From a virus: 64,000 bases of DNA. The translations under genes and the position numbers were made by a program. Positions 24,048-32,900 of the stretch are shown here, piece after piece (position 1 is the stretch's first letter; every line of letters begins with the position of its first letter). The notes below the pieces were generated by a model. It made no database searches. It worked only from the letters and a program-made list of their open reading frames with translations, and had not been told where the DNA came from. The stretch spans positions 7,318 to 71,317 of the IMG/VR virus record IMGVR_UViG_3300042691_019356; one strand, written 5' to 3'.

Positions 24048-24917
24048 ATGAGCCTCAGTGACTACCTCAATGCCGTGGGCAAAGTCCCACTGCTCACGGC
24101 GCAGGAGGAGATCATCCTCGGAACACAGGTCCAACGGATGATGAAGATTCTTGCAGACAAGCAGGAATCTGAATTAACAGAGGAGGAGAGAAAGCATGTA
24201 CGAGTTGGCCGCAGGGCCAAGAATCGTATGGTTTCTGCAAACCTGAGGCTTGTTGTCAATGTGGCCAAGAAATTTAGACCACAGGCTCACATGAAAATGG
24301 AAGATATTTTGCAGGAGGGCAGCATTGGGTTGATGCGTGCCGTCGAGAAGTTTGACCCAGAGCGCGGATACAAGTTTAGTACATACGCTTACTGGTGGAT
24401 AAGACAGGGAATAACAAGGGCGGGAGAAAATCAAGAAGCAGAAATCAGAGTTCCAGCTCACCTGCAACGAATCGCCAAGCAAGCGGCAGACGCCAGATCA
24501 AAGCTTTTATCCAAAAACGGTAGGCAGCCAACTGTAAAAGAAGTTGCACTTGCTATCAACGAGCCAGACCCCAAAAAGATTGAGTACGCAATTGCGCATC
24601 AGGTTTATACGTTCTCCCTTGACATCTCGCTGCTAGATGGTGACAAGAGTCCATTGCTGGACATCATGAACTGTGATGACGAAAGCGAGATAGAGGACAA
24701 TGAAAACAATAAAATGAAAATGGACTTATTGATGCTGGCAATCAATGCCCTTGATCCAGTAGACGGAAGCATGATCAAAAAAAGATATGGAGTTAACTGT
24801 GAACCCCATACAATCAAGCAACTATCGGCAGAGTTTAATCTTTCGCCTCAGGCGATCAGGGACAGAATCAACAAAGCGATGAACAGGATCAGGATTGTTG
24901 TCAGCCAGTTTGTTTAG
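24048..24917 (+). CDS. sigma-70 family RNA polymerase sigma factor (regions 2, 3 and 4 present)
   Basis: PLLTAQEEI, NLRLVVNVAKKF, EGSIGLMRAVEKFDPERGYKFSTYAYWWIRQ, and a region 4 HTH LSAEFNLSPQAIRDRINKAMNRIR. Confidence 0.9.
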   Translation: MSLSDYLNAVGKVPLLTAQEEIILGTQVQRMMKILADKQESELTEEERKHVRVGRRAKNRMVSANLRLVVNVAKKFRPQAHMKMEDILQEGSIGLMRAVEKFDPERGYKFSTYAYWWIRQGITRAGENQEAEIRVPAHLQRIAKQAADARSKLLSKNGRQPTVKEVALAINEPDPKKIEYAIAHQVYTFSLDISLLDGDKSPLLDIMNCDDESEIEDNENNKMKMDLLMLAINALDPVDGSMIKKRYGVNCEPHTIKQLSAEFNLSPQAIRDRINKAMNRIRIVVSQFV

Positions 24918-25636
24918 GGCATGATTCGGTGAACCCACATGCCATCTTGGCTGCGATCAACATATCCTTTGTTGTAAACTCGTTCGGCGTCATAGCAGCT
25001 TGAGCCAGCAACGCAAGCGGCGTAGATGCAAAGCTCGCTGTAGAAGCCATCATAAAACTTTGCGCTGCTGTCATATCTCCATTTCAGAGCATTGAACTCG
25101 CTCCACGGATCTTTCACGTTGATCTGATTTCTCGCCTGCGGGCCAGACTTCAATCCGTCAAGGCAGATCACATGTCCACTGGGTGTGAACCAACCATGGG
25201 TGATAAGAAATTCACCGGCTTTTAGCCATCCAAAAACTTCATTCAGGGAAGCATCACCTTCGTACTTGTATTTCACCTTGTACGATTGAATCACCCTGGC
25301 CATTGCTGTCGGAGAGCCCGCTGAGAGCCCCGTGGCCAGCAGCTTGCGCCGGATGCCCTCCACACTGCGATCACCGACTGCCATGCCGATGCAGGCGCTC
25401 TGACAGGTCACTGCGTCGGGCTGGCTGATGTTGATGGCGTTGATCAGCGTCTTCCACTCGCTCACCGAGACCTTGACAGGTGCTTTTGTCTCCGTCGCAG
25501 AACGCCACAGATCATCGAGCGACGATCCATCTTTCAGTGCGCCCGGATCAACCTTGTTCAGTCGATCGATGACAGCGTTGAACCAGGCAACATGCAGTGG
25601 ATTTTTCGGATCAAAACGCTGAAGATAGTCCTTCAT
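24914..25636 (-). CDS. papain-like (C39-like) cysteine peptidase, endolysin candidate
   Basis: Q..TCQSACIGM and GHVICLDG form a Cys/His dyad pattern. It is the last gene of the structural operon. The call is tentative. Confidence 0.4.
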   Translation of the reverse strand: MKDYLQRFDPKNPLHVAWFNAVIDRLNKVDPGALKDGSSLDDLWRSATETKAPVKVSVSEWKTLINAINISQPDAVTCQSACIGMAVGDRSVEGIRRKLLATGLSAGSPTAMARVIQSYKVKYKYEGDASLNEVFGWLKAGEFLITHGWFTPSGHVICLDGLKSGPQARNQINVKDPWSEFNALKWRYDSSAKFYDGFYSELCIYAACVAGSSCYDAERVYNKGYVDRSQDGMWVHRIMP

Positions 25637-25640
25637 GGAA

Positions 25641-26486
25641 TCAGGAAGAAAGCAGCCGAATCGGCCCGGTTGTCACAAAGCTAGCGGAACCTGTCACGAT
25701 GTCGCTGTTGTCTACGTCAACTGCACAGGTTGTGATCAGTATTGACGACTGAAAAAACAAAGAAGAGGTGACGGGGCTACTGTCAGCATCATCAACTTCT
25801 ACAGTTGCTTGTTTCAGGTAAAACCTTGCATTGCCCGTGGATCCCTGTTCAGTAAGCTGAACAAGGCGCAGCATTGGGTCAACGTCGTTCTTGTTTGCCG
25901 AACTGTAGAGATTAACAATGAAGTCCATTGTTCCAGATCCGGTAACAGTGGCCTTCACATAGCTGCCAAACCTCTCTCCAATAACCCCGGTGTCAATCTC
26001 TGATGCAGTCCTGGCGAGCTGCCAGCGCCTCAGCTCACCCTGGATTTTGAAAGGGTTTTCGGTTGCCTGCGACTTGAACGAATTACTTGTTGATGGCCAT
26101 GCACGCAATCGAGTTTCGCTTGAGATGGTTGACAGTGATGTGACAAAAGTGCTGAGGGTTGTGCGCTGAGTTGAGTTGCTATTGCAAACAAGAACAACAG
26201 GCTTTGTGACATTGACAGTCGACAGGGGAATGAGAGTGGCCGAGCTATTTGAAAGCGCTCCATCAATGTTTTCGTGAAAGTAGATTCTATCGAGGGAATC
26301 CCTGTGGATATATCCGTTCAGGGATCCAGCTGCATGAATCAAATAAACATGCTCAGCAAAAAGCCAGTCATCATAGCCAACAGTGACAAAATTACTGGTT
26401 TTGTTTACTGATGAAGCGGGTACAACAATAGGCTCAGGCTGTGTTCGCTGAAGAGTGACAATTCCGTTGTAGCCGAGGTAAGCCAT
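25641..26486 (-). CDS. tail-associated structural protein (281 aa)
   Basis: Position in the distal tail/fibre block. No motif recognised. Confidence 0.4.
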   Translation of the reverse strand: MAYLGYNGIVTLQRTQPEPIVVPASSVNKTSNFVTVGYDDWLFAEHVYLIHAAGSLNGYIHRDSLDRIYFHENIDGALSNSSATLIPLSTVNVTKPVVLVCNSNSTQRTTLSTFVTSLSTISSETRLRAWPSTSNSFKSQATENPFKIQGELRRWQLARTASEIDTGVIGERFGSYVKATVTGSGTMDFIVNLYSSANKNDVDPMLRLVQLTEQGSTGNARFYLKQATVEVDDADSSPVTSSLFFQSSILITTCAVDVDNSDIVTGSASFVTTGPIRLLSS

Positions 26487-26878
26487 CAGAGCGTCGAGAT
26501 AGGTTTGCCAGAGATGCGGAACTGAATCTCACAAACCTGTGCAGCTCCGAATGATGCTGACATCGAAACGTTTGTGATCACCACTGTAGCGGCAACGCTC
26601 TTACCGATGACTGAATCAAACAGCATTTCCATTGGAATCGTGGCTGTGCCATCATTGTAAATTTCAGAAATCAACGCTACGGCAGCAGAGTCATCCGGGT
26701 CGTAAAACAAGCTGCCGGACGCAGATGACTCACGAAGTCCAGCAATAAAAGTTTTGTCCCATTTTTCAAGGGTTGTCGTCTCCAGTGCATCTCGTGATGT
26801 CTGGAACTGAATGCTACGAACTCGGCCAACCCTCACTCCGTTGTAACGAAGTTCTGCGTGAACTGATGTTGGGATCAT
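26486..26878 (-). CDS. tail-associated structural protein (130 aa)
   Basis: Position in the distal tail/fibre block, coupled to its neighbours. Confidence 0.4.
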   Translation of the reverse strand: MIPTSVHAELRYNGVRVGRVRSIQFQTSRDALETTTLEKWDKTFIAGLRESSASGSLFYDPDDSAAVALISEIYNDGTATIPMEMLFDSVIGKSVAATVVITNVSMSASFGAAQVCEIQFRISGKPISTL

Positions 26879-26880
26879 GG

Positions 26881-27873
26881 CTAAATGGCCTCAAACCAAT
26901 AATAGTTGATCTCTGGCTCCTGGGCGGGAATGTAAGCATCTGGGTTGCTCATGCCAAGTGGCATACCCGGCCTATAGCCATAAGCGTACTCAAAGTTAAA
27001 GAAAGGGCCAATCTTCTGGTTTGTGCCTACTTTCTTAAAGCCAATGGACACATTGCTCGGCCGAACCGTTGTTTGTTGTACTATCAGATTTCCGAACTGG
27101 TTTGTTGTAATACGCCCAAGCTGCGAGAAAACAAGAATACGTGTTTGATCTTCCTTGACTCCGTAAACCCGCGTTGTAAAGTCTTCAGCAGAATCACCAC
27201 CACTGAATTCTGGTGTCCCGCAAATCTTCCCGTGCATCTTAGGCACGACAACCTCAAACTCTTTGTAAATTCCGTTTGGATTGCTAATTACAGCCGTAGA
27301 AACAGAAGCGCCTGCCAAACTTGTAGAGCCCCCACCACACTGATCGCTTGTGAGTTGAGCCCCATAGCAAAAACGATTTGTGCATTCTCTCACCTCCCAC
27401 GAGGTGTAGTTCAGGTAGATTGTATAAGAGCCGGACGAAACAGCGAAGTAGTTGCTGGACAGCCTTGCTTGATTAACAACCTTGTCTGCGGTTGCAACAA
27501 GGTTAACCTGTGCTGTACTGATGCCGGGAATGACGCTGGTGATGGATGGCGCTTCGGCAAAATGCCAGCTCAATCCCGATGGGCTTAGCATCTTGTTGGC
27601 GAGGTTGGCATCAAGAATCCCATCAGCCAGGGCGGCTGGGAGCGCGATCGGCAGAGCGCCACTCAGTGAGGCGTACCAGCACTGCAGGATCGACGCTGCC
27701 GAGGTGTCAGCGATGTTCCTGAACTCAAGGCGCAGCCTGGTGTCTACCGCGTTGTCAGACCAGGGCCTGGTGTAGCAGGCGGCGTCCTCGCGCCAGGAGG
27801 CTTCGGTGACCGGGTAGCGGGCCAGGGTGGCCTCTCGGGAGCTTGGGCGAAGGGCGGGGAAGGTGATGGTCAT
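26881..27873 (-). CDS. tail-associated structural protein (330 aa)
   Basis: Its N-terminal layout resembles that of 27902..29524 (RL.F.N..DT.A......W), suggesting paralogy. Confidence 0.4.
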   Translation of the reverse strand: MTITFPALRPSSREATLARYPVTEASWREDAACYTRPWSDNAVDTRLRLEFRNIADTSAASILQCWYASLSGALPIALPAALADGILDANLANKMLSPSGLSWHFAEAPSITSVIPGISTAQVNLVATADKVVNQARLSSNYFAVSSGSYTIYLNYTSWEVRECTNRFCYGAQLTSDQCGGGSTSLAGASVSTAVISNPNGIYKEFEVVVPKMHGKICGTPEFSGGDSAEDFTTRVYGVKEDQTRILVFSQLGRITTNQFGNLIVQQTTVRPSNVSIGFKKVGTNQKIGPFFNFEYAYGYRPGMPLGMSNPDAYIPAQEPEINYYWFEAI

Positions 27874-27901
27874 AATTGATTCCTAGATTGAAATCTCATT
27901 A

Positions 27902-29524
27902 CTACTGTGCTGGCCATGCCGCCGTTGGCGACGTGAAATTAGATGTGTAGCGTGCCACGCCTTTTGTAATACGGAATTCGTCAACCTTACCCTTGAAAGT
28001 ATAAGCAGTTGTGTAATAGTAGCCTATTTTAGGTGCGTTATCTGTCAGGTTTGTGCTATTAGTCAGTGTTGCTCCTAGCTGGTTGCCATTGATAAACATT
28101 CGCGCACTTGTGCCGCCACGAGTCACTGCAAGATGCTGCCATACTCCTGCAGTCACCAATCCCATTGAGTTTCCACCCAGCCCAGCAAAAGTCAGATACC
28201 AATTGCCATTAAAAATAGAAACAGCAAGGCCGGTAGTGACACCGCCCATGGTAAATAAGCCAGCGTTGCTGTTGCCAGTGTCTACATAAACCCAGCACTC
28301 TACAGTTAAATCACCTGTGCCAAACTGGAACTTACTGCCTGAAGCAACGCTTAGATAGTCACCTACACCATCAAGAGCCAACGCGCCAGTTCCAAACTTG
28401 GGTGCCGTGGTTGTAATGGCTGCATTACCAGAGGCTGTTACTGTTGATGGGCTGCTACTGCTGTCAATAAATGTCGTAGAGCCATTGGTGCCGTCAAAGC
28501 TTAAAAGCAGCGAAACTGAATTAAACTGAGGATCAAAAGCGGCTTGCTGATTGTAGGTGAATCCAACATTTGCAATAGGGGTAGAAAGCTGAATAGTATT
28601 TATTGCTAAGGTACCCATATAAACAATAACAGCCTGCGACGTGATTGCACTTGCCTGCAGCGTGTCAACCGAGAAAACGTAAGTTCGCCTGAGCGCAATT
28701 TCACCAGCGGACTCGGACAAAGCGAGCGTGTTGACAATTACCCGCTTAAGGACGAGAGAATCATCAACAAAGACAGTGCCAAAGGTAGGGGCGGTTGATA
28801 GCGATTCAATAATGAACGAATATGGGCGCGAGAAGTTCACGTCACTAACACTCGACGAGAGTGCAAGGTCGTCGATCTCGGTGATTCGATACGTGAATCG
28901 AATGGCAGCACCGACCGTTGGCGTAGTTGCAAGAGACGGAATATAAAAGATCGGAGCTTTGAGTTTGATTCCAACCTGCGGAAATGCTGCAGTCAGTGCA
29001 AGCGAATTGATTTGCAGCTCGATCGGCGGATCAGGAATGCTGGCCAGCGGAACCGTGACGCTCCCGTATCCACGCGCCTTGAAGTTCAGCGTCACGCTGC
29101 TCACGCCAGGCGCCACGGATGTCACCACCGGGGGCTCGACAAAGCTCCACATCAACTGCTGGCTGTTGAGCTGCAGGTAGGCCCGCAGAGAGGCATCCAG
29201 GCCCTCCAGGAAGCGGTTTGGCAGGTTAATGGTGTATCGAGTCCCCTTGGCTACCTCCCACAGGCTGCACAGGCCATCAGCCTGCGTGTCGGTGACATTG
29301 GTGAAGCTCAGGCGCAGGCTGCCGCCACCCGGCCTGGAGGCCCAGATCCGACGCGAGGTTGCCCCGGACTGCGTGCGAACCTCGCTGCGGGAGTAGGCAG
29401 GTGGAACAAACTCTCTGGTTGTAGGCACAAAATCAGCGGCAGTCCTGTAAGAGACGTACCGCAGATCAACTGGATTTTGCGCTAGGTCAAGATCAAGTGA
29501 CTCGACCTGAAGTTGATACACCAC
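27902..29524 (-). CDS. tail fibre protein with C-terminal LamG/concanavalin-like module (GTG start)
   Basis: C-terminal WQHLAVTR...KVDEFRITKGVARYTSNFTSPT, the same module as in the J-like protein. Confidence 0.55.
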   Translation of the reverse strand: MVYQLQVESLDLDLAQNPVDLRYVSYRTAADFVPTTREFVPPAYSRSEVRTQSGATSRRIWASRPGGGSLRLSFTNVTDTQADGLCSLWEVAKGTRYTINLPNRFLEGLDASLRAYLQLNSQQLMWSFVEPPVVTSVAPGVSSVTLNFKARGYGSVTVPLASIPDPPIELQINSLALTAAFPQVGIKLKAPIFYIPSLATTPTVGAAIRFTYRITEIDDLALSSSVSDVNFSRPYSFIIESLSTAPTFGTVFVDDSLVLKRVIVNTLALSESAGEIALRRTYVFSVDTLQASAITSQAVIVYMGTLAINTIQLSTPIANVGFTYNQQAAFDPQFNSVSLLLSFDGTNGSTTFIDSSSSPSTVTASGNAAITTTAPKFGTGALALDGVGDYLSVASGSKFQFGTGDLTVECWVYVDTGNSNAGLFTMGGVTTGLAVSIFNGNWYLTFAGLGGNSMGLVTAGVWQHLAVTRGGTSARMFINGNQLGATLTNSTNLTDNAPKIGYYYTTAYTFKGKVDEFRITKGVARYTSNFTSPTAAWPAQ

Positions 29525-29530
29525 GAATCA

Positions 29531-29953
29531 TCATGCTCCGATAGCGCCATTGATGCCGTCGAAGTCGAAGACGATTTGCTCGTTGGTAGTCATACCGGAA
29601 ATAGTTACGCCATAATCCAGATAGTACATCAACGGTTTTGTTGCACTGGTACTGTTATACAAAACTGCGTATCTGAAATCAGCGACAGTGCCGGTAGCAG
29701 TAAACGTGTAGTCGTTGATGATCAGCTTGTAGACACCGCTGGTCTGCGAGGAGCTTGCAACAGTGAGCGTAAAGCCGTTAGTTGGATAGCCACCGCCGGC
29801 AGCGATCTGCGTAATGTTCGTCAGAACGGTATTAGAAACAACCGGAGCGGTATTGGTCAGCGCAAGCTTCAGCGTATGGGAACCGAGATTGTGCAGACCG
29901 TTGTAAGCGTCAGCCGGGAAACAATGAAACTTGACAGGCGTAACAACGGGCAT
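29531..29953 (-). CDS. tail-associated protein (140 aa)
   Basis: Lies between the J-like and fibre genes. Confidence 0.4.
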   Translation of the reverse strand: MPVVTPVKFHCFPADAYNGLHNLGSHTLKLALTNTAPVVSNTVLTNITQIAAGGGYPTNGFTLTVASSSQTSGVYKLIINDYTFTATGTVADFRYAVLYNSTSATKPLMYYLDYGVTISGMTTNEQIVFDFDGINGAIGA

Positions 29954-29986
29954 GGATCTGGCAGCGTATGGGCCAGTCTACCGGCC

Positions 29987-32900
29987 TCAGTTCGTTGGAT
30001 TTGAGTATGGCTGTGTCGGCGGAGTGAAGCTTGCTGTCCATTCAGCCTTGCCGGTCATTACTCTAAATTCGTCAATGTATCCGTTATATGTTGCTTGGTT
30101 GAAAGAAAGGCCGCCAATATACATGCCGCTTGTATTGAAATTGTCCGTCAAGGAATACACGGCTGTATCAGTATATGTATTCGCAAGAATGCCATTAATG
30201 AAGGTGTATGTATTTAGTCCTTCCCTGGTGACTGCAATGTGGTTCCACGTATTGATTGTCACCACGGCGCCATTTGCTGGGTTTTCCCAGTCCCTGCCCA
30301 TAAACCGCAGCGCTCCGCCAACTCCATCGAATTGGCCAGAGCCAAACTTGGTGAAAATGTAGCCGTTTTTTACTGTTGGGCGAATCCAGAGATCAATGGT
30401 AAAATCGTTGGTAAGTATATTCGGGAGATAGTAATAAATGATGGACGCTGTTCCGCTCATCCGAAGCGAAGATCCACCAAATACACTTTGAGCTGCAGTT
30501 AAGTAGTTGACCCCAGCAACAACGCCACCAAATTGATCGTCATTCGTGTAGGCGGAGTTATTGATAAGATCGGTGCTACCCTCAACACCATTGCAGTGCA
30601 TAAGGAACAGAACAGATTCCGTCGGGTAGCTGACTGGTGCTGCCGGCAGGAAGCTTGCGGTTGGTGGCGTGAAAGAGCTTGTATAAACTGCAGTTCCTTT
30701 CGTCAGTCTGACTTCATCAATGAATCCGCTGATTTTGCCAACAGTTACTGTTGTATTTGTCGATGAGAAGGGAGCAAGGCCGGAAGCGGCACTCACGCCA
30801 TCCACATACAGCGTTACAGCACCGGCATTTCGCACTACGGCAATGTGACGCCATTGAGACAGTGCAAGATTTCCGCTGGTGATCGACCAGCTATTGTTCG
30901 GGAATGCAGCCTGAACAATGATTGGCGGCTGGCTACCGGATGAAATAGTTACGGTAAAACCAAAACAGCTAAAGAGGGTGCCGAGACCCGCAGTAGCGTA
31001 GATCCAGCACTCCATCGTGAAGCTTTCCGCGTATCCAATGGCAAAAGCGGTTGGATGGGTAAACGTAGGCGTTGGGTATGGACCGCCAAAAGTGCTGCTG
31101 TAGAACGTGGAAGAAGAACCACCAAAGCGGCTCATGTTACGAACAATTCGGCAACCGCTATACACGCCGCCCTGGCTCGTATTCAGAATGCCGAAGAAGG
31201 TTGAATGTTCGTAGGGGCTGGAATCAATAAACGCAACGGAGTTGTGGTCTCCGTCCATGTGGAGCAGGAGCACAACCTCGCCGGTTACAGCAGCGCTGGC
31301 ATCTGCGTAGACCCGACAGGTTCCAGTAACGCCAAGCTGTGTTTGATACACGACATCGGCGTAAACCGTTTCACCAACATCCAGCGTGGAATAAGTGTAG
31401 GTTGAGGTATTTGCTCCAACAATGACAGCCCCACTCCTGTACCATTGAACACCAATCTTGGTTGCAGTACCCGACTTGCAAACAACGTCGCCAACCGTCA
31501 GAACATTGCCAGGCGAAGAAACACCAGAGATCAGCGGACAGGTGCAAGCGTCGGCCTCATTTTCGTTGCCTTCGATGATCCAGTTAGAATCAGTTTGATA
31601 GGTCGTCCAGTTTTTTGCAATTTCGCTCAGACCGTTTTCATCAGTCGGGTGGTGAACAGCTTCGATCTCAATTGTTCCCTCTTCTGATACCGTGATCTTC
31701 TCGATCTTGTAAGTACGAGTTTCCGTAACAGCTGTTTTCTTGGCAAAGACAATTCCAGCCGGCGATGCCTTGCCTTCTGAATCAACAGAGACGGTCAGGC
31801 TTTCCACAAAGTCACTGGCACCATCCCATGCCGTGACTTCATGTGTGCCTGGTGTCAGCAGATCGCTTCTTGTTGACAGAACAGTGCCATCGGCAAGAAT
31901 TACACCATGCGAGAACTGGTCGTAATAGCTCAGGTCCATGGCGACCTTTATGTAGTCGCCAGCCGCCAGGCCAGCCCCCAGGCCATCCGGTGTTGTTGAG
32001 AACGCGATCGAGTGCGTCACCAGGCGCCGCATCCTGATCAGATAGCAACACACGTCGATGGCGTGCTCTGCATTGGTGCAGAACGCTGACAAGTCGATGC
32101 TCTCAATCGGATCCGAGTCCGACTGGCCGGCTTCTTGAACGAAAACCTCGCGCTCAACAGGGAAGAAACCAGTTGATGTCAGATCAAACCGTTGGCGTTC
32201 CTCTCGCCATTTGGCACTGACACGAATTGGCTGCCGCTCCGACTCTTCAAGGAATTGCAGCCTGAAGGTGTTTTCAAGAATGTTGCCAGCCGTGAACAAT
32301 GCCCTGATTGGAACGGGGCCGTCCTCGGGAAAGATGAGCGCAGGAGACAATGCAAACTTGCCGCCGCGCTGACTGAGTTCAAGTAGGTGGTACGCCGCAA
32401 TATCAGCTGCAAACTGAATTGAGTTGACACGCTGAGCATCAACGGCATCGTAAAAGTAGCGACGCTTTTGGCACCAGTCAGCAGCGTCAAAAAATGATTG
32501 CGCGTCAATTAGAGAATCGCCAATAATCTCTCCCAGCCCATACTGATCAGTTGTCAGGTAGGCGCGAAGAATATCAGGGAAGAGGTTTGTTGATTCAAAC
32601 GCATCGCTACCAAGCAGGCGCCTAGCCTTTGTGCCTGCAGTAACATAACCAGAGAATTGCGGCAACTGATTGAACTCAGTTGATGCAAAAATGTTCAGGC
32701 CAATGGTTGCGATCCTGTCATAGGTTGGATCTGTTGAGTTTTCAGAAATTGTATTGACGTAAACAATCTCGTGCTCAGGGCCGTTTTGTGCTGTAGTCTG
32801 GATCTCTTGGTACGAAAAAGCTTCCGCAATCATCGCCCAGTCATCAACATAGGTATTATCATCTGTTTTCGGAATGCCAATGTTTTCACTTGTCTCAAGC

